Positions 1 to 8,765 of a stretch of 33,064 nucleotides of DNA are shown here, piece after piece; position 1 is the first letter of the stretch, and the number at the start of each line of letters is the position of its first letter. Made by a program: the position numbers and the translations under genes. Where the stretch lies: positions 1 through 33,064 of the forward strand of contig JBDLRC010000103.1 in the NCBI GenBank assembly GCA_039800265.1, in the 5' to 3' direction. The stretch is from Pseudomonadota bacterium (GTDB taxonomy: Bacteria > Pseudomonadota > Gammaproteobacteria > Burkholderiales > Burkholderiaceae_A). The notes beneath the pieces are model-generated. The model was not told the origin of the DNA. It did no database searches and saw only the letters and a list, made by a program, of their open reading frames with translations.

Positions 1-159
1 GAATTCGCCCGTTGGCTGACCACCGAGATTGGTGTGGCGGCCATCCCGCTGTCCAGTTTTTATGAACAACCCATTGAAAATAACACCGTGCGTTTCTGTT
101 TTGCAAAGCAGCCGGAGACGCTGCAGCGGGCCATCGATCGTCTGCATAGGATCAACTAG
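1..159 (+). CDS. C-terminal fragment of a class I/II PLP-dependent aminotransferase (YbdL/methionine aminotransferase-like), truncated by the window edge
   Basis: Frame +1 reads EFARWLTTEIGVAAIPLSSFY...VRFCFAKQPETLQRAIDRLHRIN*; GVAAIP.S.FY and VRFCFAK are typical of the YbdL-type C-terminus. Confidence 0.85.
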   Translation, partial: EFARWLTTEIGVAAIPLSSFYEQPIENNTVRFCFAKQPETLQRAIDRLHRIN

Positions 160-202
160 ACCGGTTCCTGGCCGGCATCGACCCTGGGGCCGCACGGCCT
201 GA

Positions 203-1618
203 ATGCTTATGACGTCTCCATGCATCCCTCTGGCCTTTGTCGACCTGGAAACCACGGGTGCCACGGCCACCAAAGACAGGATCACCGAGATCGGCATCGT
301 GCTGGTTCATCAAGAGGGGGTGACCCGATACAGTCAGCTCGTCAACCCTGGGTGCGTCATACCCGAATTTATCCAGGGCCTGACCGGCATCACCAATGAC
401 ATGGTTGCCGATGCTCCTTCTTTTTCTGACATCGCACAGGATGTTTTTGATCGACTTGAAGGCTGCTTGTTTGTTGCCCATAACGCCAGGTTTGATTACG
501 GGTTCATCAAGAATGAATTTAAGCGGCTTGGGGTTGATTTTCGTGCCAGGGTGTTGTGCACGGTGAAGCTCTCGCGCGAGCTTTATCCAGAGCAGGCCCG
601 TCATAACCTCGATGCTCTGATTGCACGCCATGGACTTATCGCTTCTGGCCGACACCGCGCATTGGCAGATGCTGATTTGATCTTTCAGTTCTGGCAGCGG
701 CTGATCCAAGCGTGGCCCTACGATCGCATCGAGCAGGCCGTGCGCAAACTCACGGCGCGTCCCGCGCTGCCGTCACAGTTGGATCCGGATCTTCCGGATC
801 AGCTGCCCGAGGGCCACGGGGTCTATATTTTTTATGGCGCAAACAACTTTCCACTCTATGTTGGGAAAAGCACGAACATTCGTAAACGCGTGATGTCCCA
901 TTTTTCCTCCGACCACGCCAGCGGAAAGGAGCTGAGTCTCTCGATGCAAGTGTGCCGTGTGGACTGGATCGAGACCGCCGGAGAGGTGTCATCGCTGTTG
1001 CGTGAATCGGCGCTGGTCAAATCACTTCAGCCTAGCCACAACACGCGGCTACGTCGCACCAAAGAATTGTGTGCCTGGCGTATTCCTTCCGCCATCCCGG
1101 GTGCTGGGACATCGGAGGCGGCCGCTCAGATCACCCCGCCCGAGCTTGTATGGGCCCGAGACCTTGATTTCGGTGCGCAGCCCGACCTTTATGGACTGTT
1201 TCGGAGTCAGCGCGATGCCATCACCATGCTGTCCGAGCTTGCCCAACAAGAGAAACTCTGCAGATCAGTGCTGGGCCTTGAAAAGGTAAAACCCGGTGCA
1301 GCCTGTTTTGGTGTGCAGCTTAAACAGTGTCGGGGGGCATGCACGGGCAACGAAAAACTGGAGTTGCACCATGCACGACTCATGATGGCCATGGCCCGTC
1401 ACCGCCTTCCCCAGTGGCCCCATCCAGGGCCGGTGGGCTTGAGAGAGGGGGATGTGATGCATGTGGTCGACCGTTGGTGTTACCTTGGCTCGGCCACCCA
1501 GGAGCATGATCTTGATGAGCTGCTGGTATCCGGCCGCCCGGTGTTTGATCTTGACGTCTATAAAATTCTTCGCCGCGCCATGCGGGTCTTATCGGTGGTC
1601 ACTCTGCAACGGAGATAG
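203..1618 (+). CDS. DEDDh 3'-5' exonuclease (DnaQ/epsilon-like) fused to a GIY-YIG UvrC/Cho-like endonuclease
   Basis: Exo motifs DLETTG, AHNARFD, HRALADA; GIY-YIG motif GVYIF..LYVGKS..IRKRV..HF; UvrC-like CX14CX7CX3C cluster; start may be ATG 209. Confidence 0.9.
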   Translation: MLMTSPCIPLAFVDLETTGATATKDRITEIGIVLVHQEGVTRYSQLVNPGCVIPEFIQGLTGITNDMVADAPSFSDIAQDVFDRLEGCLFVAHNARFDYGFIKNEFKRLGVDFRARVLCTVKLSRELYPEQARHNLDALIARHGLIASGRHRALADADLIFQFWQRLIQAWPYDRIEQAVRKLTARPALPSQLDPDLPDQLPEGHGVYIFYGANNFPLYVGKSTNIRKRVMSHFSSDHASGKELSLSMQVCRVDWIETAGEVSSLLRESALVKSLQPSHNTRLRRTKELCAWRIPSAIPGAGTSEAAAQITPPELVWARDLDFGAQPDLYGLFRSQRDAITMLSELAQQEKLCRSVLGLEKVKPGAACFGVQLKQCRGACTGNEKLELHHARLMMAMARHRLPQWPHPGPVGLREGDVMHVVDRWCYLGSATQEHDLDELLVSGRPVFDLDVYKILRRAMRVLSVVTLQRR

Positions 1619-1716
1619 TGTGACGTTTCCCGAGGTGCGGGGTAAGACCAACGATGGGGCGCAAGACGCAAAACGCAAACTCGACGACGTGTTTGGGTAG
1701 TCAGTAACGTTCGTAG

Positions 1717-2145
1717 TTATGCCCTCGAGAAACCGTCGTGGCCGCTGACCACAGGCTTGAGTTGACGCAGAACACGCGAGAGCGTTGCGAACTCTTTTGC
1801 GATCAGCTCGAAGAGCTGCTCTGCCGGCCGGGCCACCACCGCGGCAGATGTATAAGCGATCTGGCCCATTTTTTCGTAGTAGTTGCGTTCGACCAGCCGT
1901 GCACGACGGACATCCCAGGCATCGACAAACAAACAGCTGTCACCAATCTGCCGGAAATCATCGCGCGTTTTGGCCCGCGCAAATTCAAGGCAGACGATGT
2001 CGGGCGGGAACGCATTGTTTCGAAAATTTCTCGCCATCATGTGGACCAGATAGGCCTCGAGCTCCTGGTCGAGGAATACCTGGCTTTTGCCCTCGGATTC
2101 CATGATGAGTTCCCAGCTTGCCTTCAAGTAGGGCTGCCAGTCCAT
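1717..2145 (-). CDS. Hypothetical protein (142 aa, probably all-alpha)
   Basis: ATG at 2145 preceded by GGAGGA (2151-2156 on the minus strand); protein-like composition (LEAYLVHM, RQIGDSCL, YYEKMGQIAY). Confidence 0.75.
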   Translation of the reverse strand: MDWQPYLKASWELIMESEGKSQVFLDQELEAYLVHMMARNFRNNAFPPDIVCLEFARAKTRDDFRQIGDSCLFVDAWDVRRARLVERNYYEKMGQIAYTSAAVVARPAEQLFELIAKEFATLSRVLRQLKPVVSGHDGFSRA

Positions 2146-2240
2146 GCCATTCCTCCCCCAAAGGTTATGACAAGAAAGTGTTTCGCTAACATTAGGCCGA
2201 GACTGGTCTGACATCAAGAGGGCGCGCGCCAAATTTTCAT

Positions 2241-2897
2241 ATGACTGACGTGCAATGCTTTATCACTCGCCGCAGACTGCTGCTAGCAGCAGTGGCTTCG
2301 GCTGTCGTCTCGCCGGCCGGAGGGCTGCGCGCGGCAAAGCCTTCTGTGCCGAATGGGGTGGATGGTGTCTATCGCACAGCACTGGCCCGTGCCGGTGCTC
2401 TGGTCTTGGTTCGGCATGCGTTGACGGTGCCAGGTATTGGAGATCCGCCAAACTTTCGGCTCGATGACTGCGCAACGCAGCGCAATCTCTCAGAGGAAGG
2501 CAAAGCGCAATCCCGTCGGATGGGCCAGTGGTTTCGTGATCGCGGACTCACGCCCACGCGTCTCCGATCCAGCCAGTGGTGCCGATGCATGGATACCGCA
2601 GTATTGGCATTTGGCAATCAAAATGCCGGTCCGTCGATAACGATTGAGCCCTGGCCAGCCCTGAATTCTTTTTTTCAGGGTCATGGGAATCGTGATCGTC
2701 AGCTTAGCGATGCGATGGTGGCAGCCCAGCAGCGCGCGCAGGGTGCTCAGTCCGGGCAATTCGAGGTCTGGGTGACGCATCAGGTCACGGTGTCCTCGCT
2801 CACCCAGCACCATCTGGCCATGGGCGAAATGATCGTAGCGGTGCACGACGGACTCGGCAAACCGTTACGTGTTCTGGCCTCGGGTCTTCGGTTTTAG
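2241..2897 (+). CDS. Histidine phosphatase superfamily protein with a probable Tat signal peptide
   Basis: TRRRLL plus a hydrophobic stretch; [16 protein letters not shown] and VTHQV motifs. Confidence 0.85.
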   Translation: MTDVQCFITRRRLLLAAVASAVVSPAGGLRAAKPSVPNGVDGVYRTALARAGALVLVRHALTVPGIGDPPNFRLDDCATQRNLSEEGKAQSRRMGQWFRDRGLTPTRLRSSQWCRCMDTAVLAFGNQNAGPSITIEPWPALNSFFQGHGNRDRQLSDAMVAAQQRAQGAQSGQFEVWVTHQVTVSSLTQHHLAMGEMIVAVHDGLGKPLRVLASGLRF

Positions 2898-5744
2898 TAC
2901 GTTGGCCAGATAGCGGCCGGTATAACTCTGTTCACACTGGGCGACGGTTTCGGGCGTGCCGGTGGCCACCAGATGCCCCCCCTGATCACCGCCCTCTGGG
3001 CCAAGATCGATGACCCAATCGGCCGTTTTAATCACATCAAGGTTGTGCTCAATGATCACCAAGGTATTGCCCGCATCACGAAGTGCATGCAACACGCGCA
3101 GTAAAAGCGCAATGTCATGGAAGTGCAGGCCTGTTGTTGGTTCATCCAGGATATACAGCGTTCGTCCGGTGTCGCGCTTGGAGAGCTCCTGCGAGAGTTT
3201 CACGCGTTGCGCCTCACCGCCCGACAGGGTGGTGGCACTCTGCCCGAGCTTTACGTAGCCCAGGCCGACATCCAGCAATGTCTGCAGACGCCGAGACACC
3301 GCGGGCACCGCCCGGAAAAATTCCATGGCCTGCTCAATGGTCAGGCCAAGAACTTCGGCGATATTTTTCCCGCGGTAGCGCACATCCAGCGTCTCCCGGT
3401 TATAGCGCAGCCCGTGGCAGACGTCGCATGGCACATAGACATCGGGAAGGAAGTGCATCTCAACTTTGACCAGCCCATCACCTTGGCAGGCCTCACATCG
3501 TCCGCCTTTGACATTAAATGAGAAGCGGCCGGCATCGTAGCCCCTCTCCCGTGCGGTCGGCGTCTGGGCGAACAGCTCTCGAATCGGGGTGAAGAGCCCC
3601 GTGTAGGTGGCAGGGTTGCTGCGCGGTGTGCGGCCAATGGGGCTCTGATCGACGGCGATCACCTTGTCAAAATACTCGAGGCCTTCAATAGCGGCATGCG
3701 CAGAAGGTACGGCATGGGCCGCATAAATTTTCTGGGCTGCTGCCGCATACAGCGTGTCGTTGATCAGTGTCGATTTTCCGGACCCGGAGACCCCGGTCAC
3801 GCACACCATGAGCCCGCACGGGATTTCTACTGTCAGATGTTTAAGGTTGTGGCCGCAAGCATCGGAGATCGACAGCCACTTTGACGATGGCGCGTGGCGT
3901 TTTACGGGCACTTCAATGGCGCGGCGGCCCGAGAGGTAGTGCCCGGTAAGCGAGTCCGGGTGGTGAATCAGCGCCTGAGGTGTGCCCTGGGCCACAATTT
4001 CTCCGCCATGAATACCTGCACCAGGCCCCATATCCACCACATGGTCGGCCGAGCGAATAGCATCTTCATCGTGTTCCACCACGATGACGGTGTTGCCCAG
4101 ATCGCGCAGCCGATGCAAGGTGGCCAAGAGCCGATCATTGTCCCGCTGATGCAGTCCAATGGAAGGTTCATCCAGCACATACATCACGCCCGAGAGTCCG
4201 GCGCCGATTTGGCTGGCCAGACGGATGCGCTGGCCCTCTCCGCCGGAGAGGGTGGCAGCCGGCCGATCCAGTGTCAGGTAATCCAAGCCAACATTGATCA
4301 GAAATGTCAGGCGCGAGGTGATTTCAGAAAGAATTTTTTCGCCGATGGTCGCTTTCATTCCCGGCAATTCAAGCCCTTCAATGAGGGCGCAGACATCACG
4401 CAGGGGCTGATGCAAGAGGCTGGGCAAGTCGGTGTCGTGCCCTGGAAGCCCAACGCGCACGAACCGTGCCTCGCGTTTGAGTCGGGTTCCGGCACACGCG
4501 GGGCACTCTCGCGTGTTTCGGTACCGTCCAAGCTCTTCGCGCACGGCCGTCGAGTCGGTTTCTTCCCAGCGGCGCTGAAGAATCGGGAGTATGCCTTCAA
4601 ACGGCTCTTGTTTGATCACGATTTTTCCGCGCTCACCCGGGTAGCGCAGTGCGATCACCGTTTCCCCGCTGCCATGGAGCAGCACATCGTGTATCGCTGA
4701 CGGCAGCTGCTCAAAAGGCGTCTCCAAATCGAACCCATAGTGTTCCGAGAGGCTTTGCAGCAGTTGAAAGTAAAACGCATTTCGTCGATCCCAGCCTTTG
4801 ATTGCGCCTGATGCAAGGCTTAACTGGGGGAATTGCACAACGCGTTTCGCATCGAAATAATCCATCATGCCCAGCCCATCGCAGTCCGGGCAGGCCCCCG
4901 AAGGGCTGTTGAATGAAAACAGCTGTGGCTCGAGATCTTTTAGGCTGAACCCACAGTCGGGGCAGGCGTACTTGGTCGAAAACACATGGTCTGCCCTGGC
5001 CTCTGCAGGGGGGTCGGTGGCAATGATGGCCCGGCCATCGCCCAGCCGTAGTGCAGTTTCAAGCGATTCGGCCAGACGTTGCCCACTCTCGGGTTTTACT
5101 TTCAGTCGATCCACGACCACATCGAGCGAATGCTTTTGATGCTTTCCCATCGGAGCCATCTGGTCGAGATCGACGATGGAAGGTTCTCCGTGTTCTGTCT
5201 GAACACGGACACGCACGAAGCCTTGCGCGCGCAGGCTATTGATGAGGTCGGCATGCTCGCCTTTTCGGTGCGAGAGTACCGGGGCCAGTACCGTCAACTT
5301 GGTCTGTTCGGGCCAGGCCAGCATGTGGTCCACCATCTGCGAGATGGTCTGTGATTCCAGCCGGTGGTGTGGATGGTCCGGGCAGTGCGGCACCCCGGTA
5401 CGTGCGAACAGCAATCTTAGGTAGTCATGAATCTCGGTGACCGTGCCGACCGTCGAACGCGGGTTGTGGCTTGACGCTTTTTGTTCGATGGCAATGGCCG
5501 GAGACAGACCTTCGATCACATCGACATCAGGCTTCTCCATCAGCTGAAGAAACTGGCGCGCATAGGCCGACAGCGATTCCACGTAACGTCGTTGGCCTTC
5601 GGCATACAAGGTATCAAACGCCAGTGACGATTTGCCGGACCCGGACAGCCCTGTGATCACGATCAGGCGGTGCCGAGGCAGGTCGATATCGATCGCCTTA
5701 AGGTTGTGGGTGCGGGCGCCCCGCACCCGGATCATGTCGCTCAT
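2865..5744 (-). CDS. uvrA: Excinuclease ABC subunit A
   Basis: [26 protein letters not shown], second Walker A GVSGSGKS, zinc-finger Cys pairs, LSGGEAQR; start set to MSDMIR at 5744. Confidence 0.98.
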   Translation of the reverse strand: MSDMIRVRGARTHNLKAIDIDLPRHRLIVITGLSGSGKSSLAFDTLYAEGQRRYVESLSAYARQFLQLMEKPDVDVIEGLSPAIAIEQKASSHNPRSTVGTVTEIHDYLRLLFARTGVPHCPDHPHHRLESQTISQMVDHMLAWPEQTKLTVLAPVLSHRKGEHADLINSLRAQGFVRVRVQTEHGEPSIVDLDQMAPMGKHQKHSLDVVVDRLKVKPESGQRLAESLETALRLGDGRAIIATDPPAEARADHVFSTKYACPDCGFSLKDLEPQLFSFNSPSGACPDCDGLGMMDYFDAKRVVQFPQLSLASGAIKGWDRRNAFYFQLLQSLSEHYGFDLETPFEQLPSAIHDVLLHGSGETVIALRYPGERGKIVIKQEPFEGILPILQRRWEETDSTAVREELGRYRNTRECPACAGTRLKREARFVRVGLPGHDTDLPSLLHQPLRDVCALIEGLELPGMKATIGEKILSEITSRLTFLINVGLDYLTLDRPAATLSGGEGQRIRLASQIGAGLSGVMYVLDEPSIGLHQRDNDRLLATLHRLRDLGNTVIVVEHDEDAIRSADHVVDMGPGAGIHGGEIVAQGTPQALIHHPDSLTGHYLSGRRAIEVPVKRHAPSSKWLSISDACGHNLKHLTVEIPCGLMVCVTGVSGSGKSTLINDTLYAAAAQKIYAAHAVPSAHAAIEGLEYFDKVIAVDQSPIGRTPRSNPATYTGLFTPIRELFAQTPTARERGYDAGRFSFNVKGGRCEACQGDGLVKVEMHFLPDVYVPCDVCHGLRYNRETLDVRYRGKNIAEVLGLTIEQAMEFFRAVPAVSRRLQTLLDVGLGYVKLGQSATTLSGGEAQRVKLSQELSKRDTGRTLYILDEPTTGLHFHDIALLLRVLHALRDAGNTLVIIEHNLDVIKTADWVIDLGPEGGDQGGHLVATGTPETVAQCEQSYTGRYLANVLKPKTRGQNT

Positions 5745-5858
5745 TCGTGCACGTTCTTGGGGCTCATCGGGATGTGGTGGTTTCGGCGTTGGCGTGCTGC
5801 ACACGTTGGTGTCCAAAGCGGGTTCGGCGCGGCCAATCGACTACTATAACCGGTCAAC

Positions 5859-7076
5859 ATGACCAACGCACATTTAAAAATTCGGTTCACGCGAGATGAA
5901 TGGCGGGCCTGTCTGTCGCTCTCCATGCTCTATGGGCTGCGCATGCTGGGGCTTTTCCTGGTGTTTCCCATCTTGGCGGCAGAGGCCAAGCATCTTGACG
6001 GTGGTGCCGATCCGTTGTGGATCGGGATCGCAGTGGGTATCTATGGCCTCACGCAGGCGTTCTTTCAGATTCCCTTTGGCATCGCATCGGATCGGTATGG
6101 CCGACGCAAAACGATTCTTGTAGGCCTTGCCGTCTTTGCGCTCGGCAGTTTCGTGGCGGCGATCGCCACGAGCATTCAATGGCTAGCGGTAGGCCGAGCC
6201 CTTCAGGGCGCTGGCGCAATCTCTGCGGCCGTGACGGCGTTTCTTGCCGACTCCACGCGTGATGAGGTTCGAACCCGCGCCATGGCCCTGATTGGGGCAA
6301 CGATTGGGCTCTCATTTGCCTTGTCATTGATCGTAGCGCCGGTGCTGTCGGCTGCCATGGGCATGGATGGATTGTTCTGGCTCACGGGCCTGCTGGTGAT
6401 GGCCGCCATGTGGCCGGTCGTGCGGATGCGCGAGCCCGCGCACAAGAAGGCGCCCGACTACTCCTTTGCGCAGGCCAACCGAACGGTATTTTCGAATGGG
6501 CAATTGATGCGGCTGAATCTTGGCATTTTCATGATTCACATGATTCAAACCGCATTGTTCGTTGTGATCCCATTGGCATTGATTGATATGGACATGGCCT
6601 TGGCCGACCATTGGAAGATCTACCTCCCCGTGGTCTTATGTTCATTTGCTGCCATGATCATTCCTATTTTCTGGGCCGAGCGCAGTGGCCAAAACAAGCC
6701 AGCGTTCCTGGGGGCCATTGCACTGATGGGCCTGGCCGTATTGGGATTCGCATGGAGTCCTCACGTGATCTGGATCTGGGCACTGGTGCTGTTTGCGTTT
6801 TTCACCTCGTTTAATGTGCTGGAGGCATTTTTACCCTCATGGGTGTCCCGCGTGGCACCGGCTGAGCATCGTGGGCTGGCCCTTGGGATCTACAACACGA
6901 CACAGTCTTTGGGCCTGTTTATGGGCGGCCTGATTGGCGGCAGCATGACCAAGGCCTTCGGTCCTGAGGCGGTGTACTGGGCGTGCGCTGCCGCAATTCT
7001 GGTTTGGGGCATCATTTCGGCTGGGCTGATCGAATTGGGGCCCCGCAAGCCAACCCCGTCGGTAGTTCAGTCGTAA
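5859..7076 (+). CDS. MFS transporter (YajR-like)
   Basis: About 12 hydrophobic segments, motif A (GIASDRYGRRK), LRMLGLF; usual position between uvrA and ssb. Confidence 0.9.
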   Translation: MTNAHLKIRFTRDEWRACLSLSMLYGLRMLGLFLVFPILAAEAKHLDGGADPLWIGIAVGIYGLTQAFFQIPFGIASDRYGRRKTILVGLAVFALGSFVAAIATSIQWLAVGRALQGAGAISAAVTAFLADSTRDEVRTRAMALIGATIGLSFALSLIVAPVLSAAMGMDGLFWLTGLLVMAAMWPVVRMREPAHKKAPDYSFAQANRTVFSNGQLMRLNLGIFMIHMIQTALFVVIPLALIDMDMALADHWKIYLPVVLCSFAAMIIPIFWAERSGQNKPAFLGAIALMGLAVLGFAWSPHVIWIWALVLFAFFTSFNVLEAFLPSWVSRVAPAEHRGLALGIYNTTQSLGLFMGGLIGGSMTKAFGPEAVYWACAAAILVWGIISAGLIELGPRKPTPSVVQS

Positions 7077-7211
7077 TCGAAGGGTGGGAGCGGTTGGTGG
7101 GGCCTTTTGGGCCATGCTATCGGATTAGGTCAAAGAGGGGATCGAAGAAGTGAATGCCTCGATCCATGCTTAGGGCTGTCCCGTTGGCGGACACTTTTTT
7201 AGGAGAAGACT

Positions 7212-7652
7212 ATGTTGATGGTTGGAGTTGCACGTATCGGCAATGAGCCCGTGGCGCGATACACCCCTGACGGCAAGGCCGTTATGGACATTTCGTTGGC
7301 CTTTGATTACGGCCGAAAAGGCAATGATGGGCGTCGGCCCACGCAGTGGGTCAATGCCACGATGTGGGGAGACCGGGTGGAGAAGCTCCAGCCGTTTCTG
7401 TCGAAAGGGTCCCAGGTGTTCGTGACCATGTCCGAACCCCACATCGAGACATACGACAAGAAAGATGGTTCAGGCCAGGGGTTCTCCCTTCGCGCCCGTA
7501 TTACTGAACTCGAGTTTGTGGGTGGCCGGCGCGATGAAGCTGCCTCCGATGCTGGATCCGAGCCCGCTGGTGGGGGAGCCCCCGCCCGGGCCGGCAAGGC
7601 GCCCGCGAAGGCACCTGGGTTTGACGAGCTCGACGACGACATCCCGTTCTAG
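7212..7652 (+). CDS. ssb: Single-stranded DNA-binding protein (divergent, phage-like subtype)
   Basis: OB-fold motifs RYTPDGKAV, TQWV..TMWG, LSKGSQVFV; Gly/Ala/Pro linker; acidic DDDIPF tip; AGGAG RBS at 7201. Confidence 0.93.
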   Translation: MLMVGVARIGNEPVARYTPDGKAVMDISLAFDYGRKGNDGRRPTQWVNATMWGDRVEKLQPFLSKGSQVFVTMSEPHIETYDKKDGSGQGFSLRARITELEFVGGRRDEAASDAGSEPAGGGAPARAGKAPAKAPGFDELDDDIPF

Positions 7653-7653
7653 C

Positions 7654-7677
7654 GGCCTTGGGGCTGCCCCGAAGGCC
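7654..7677 (+). terminator. GC-rich hairpin immediately after the ssb stop (no U-tract)
   Basis: GGCCTT-GGGG ctg CCCC-g-AAGGCC. Confidence 0.45.
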
Positions 7678-7718
7678 CACCAGACCCGCTAAAATTCAGG
7701 GGTATAGCTCAACAGTCT

Positions 7719-7746
7719 CGCGCCGCCTATGCGGCGCGCGTTTTTT
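7719..7746 (+). terminator. Intrinsic terminator-like hairpin plus U6 upstream of the fmdB-like gene
   Basis: CGCGCCGC ctat GCGGCGCG cg TTTTTT. Confidence 0.65.
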
Positions 7747-7762
7747 CGGGAAATGAAAAGCC

Positions 7763-8098
7763 ATGCCAATCTATGCCTACCGCTGTGAGGGGTGCGGGTT
7801 TCAAAAAGACGCCCTCCAGAAACTGTACGACCCGCCGCTTGTGGACTGCCCAGAATGTGGGGCGCCCCGTTTCGTCAAGCAACTTACTGCTGCCGGTTTT
7901 GCGCTCAAAGGCACGGGTTGGTACGTGACCGATTTCCGTGACGGGTCGAAAAAATCAAGCCAAGCACCGGCGTCTTCCGACGCCACTTCGGCCGCATCAA
8001 CTGCCACAACAGGCGCAGCAGCGCCTTCTTCCGATGCCGCCACGCCGGCTGCGCCCGCGCCGGCTACCGCCACATCCACGGCGTCCGGATCGGCCTGA
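7763..8098 (+). CDS. FmdB-family zinc-ribbon protein
   Basis: MPIYAYRCxxC...CPxC...GFALKGTGWYVTDF, with an Ala/Ser/Thr-rich tail. Confidence 0.92.
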   Translation: MPIYAYRCEGCGFQKDALQKLYDPPLVDCPECGAPRFVKQLTAAGFALKGTGWYVTDFRDGSKKSSQAPASSDATSAASTATTGAAAPSSDAATPAAPAPATATSTASGSA

Positions 8099-8110
8099 GT
8101 CCCTCCGACC

Positions 8111-8728
8111 ATGCAACGCGTCCGCACCCACTTCAAGCGTTATTTTCTTGCAGGACTCATTCTGTGGGCGCCGTTGTCGATCACGATATGGGTGATCACA
8201 TGGATCTTTGGCGCGCTGGACAGCGTCTTGCCGATTGCACTGCGTTCGGAGTCGTTGTTTGGCGTGCATATCCCTGGTTTTGGCGTGCTGCTGGTGGTCG
8301 CATTGATTCTGGTGACCGGATTTCTCGCGGCCAATTTGATTGGTCAAAAGCTGGTGGAGTTCTGGGAAGGACTCATGCACCGCATCCCGTTGGTGCGATC
8401 GATTTATTCATCGGTCAAGCAGGTCAGCGATACGATTCTCTCGCCCAACGGCCAGGCCTTTCGACAGGCGGTCTTGGTGCAGTACCCGCGTCAAGGTGCC
8501 TGGACCATCGCATTTCTTACCGGATCGCCTTCCGACGAGGTGGCCCAGCATCTTCCTGCCGACTGTGTATCGGTCTATGTACCCACGACGCCTAACCCCA
8601 CGTCTGGTTTTTTTCTCATGATGCCGCGCACCGAGGTGGTGGAGTTGTCGATCGGTGTCGATGCCGCACTGAAGTACGTGGTCAGCATGGGCACCGTCCC
8701 GCCATTGGCATCAAAACCCAAGGCCTAG
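8111..8728 (+). CDS. DUF502 family membrane protein
   Basis: RIPLVRSIYSSVKQ, VQYPR.G.W, VYVPTTPNPTSGF; usual position upstream of aspS. Confidence 0.93.
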   Translation: MQRVRTHFKRYFLAGLILWAPLSITIWVITWIFGALDSVLPIALRSESLFGVHIPGFGVLLVVALILVTGFLAANLIGQKLVEFWEGLMHRIPLVRSIYSSVKQVSDTILSPNGQAFRQAVLVQYPRQGAWTIAFLTGSPSDEVAQHLPADCVSVYVPTTPNPTSGFFLMMPRTEVVELSIGVDAALKYVVSMGTVPPLASKPKA

Positions 8729-8765
8729 CGGGCCTGTTTTCTTTGATTGATTGTTAGGAATATCT

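Noticed and set aside
1660-1680. Three CGCAA units at 7-nt spacing in the intergenic gap
   Set aside because: Too short and degenerate to support a repeat element or operator
1738-2211. 157-aa plus-strand ORF as an alternative to the minus-strand orphan
   Set aside because: The minus-strand frame has a strong RBS and more protein-like composition; this one reads as its antisense shadow
3894-4700. Long antisense ORFs (268 aa opposite uvrA, also 19980-20615, 26607-27263, 31878-32510)
   Set aside because: Shadow ORFs expected opposite GC-rich genes; no recognisable motifs
5745-5816. 24-aa N-terminal extension of UvrA in the ORF track
   Set aside because: UvrA homology begins at MSDMIR; the extension is likely promoter sequence. 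The same applies to track extensions of nudB, ATM1, the racemase, glycerate kinase and DUF1178
5745-5858. Searched for LexA boxes (CTGT-N8-ACAG) upstream of uvrA, ssb and the exonuclease-Cho gene
   Set aside because: No match seen, so SOS regulation cannot be claimed
7698-7713. AGGGGTATAGCTCAAC resembles the 5' end of a betaproteobacterial tRNA-Trp (possible att remnant next to the phage-like ssb)
   Set aside because: No D-loop GG, anticodon arm, T-arm or CCA follows; integration remnants usually duplicate the tRNA 3' end; the short match may be chance
7950-8095. Low-complexity Ala/Ser/Thr repeats at the end of the fmdB-like gene
   Set aside because: Disordered tails are usual in this family; not a DNA repeat element
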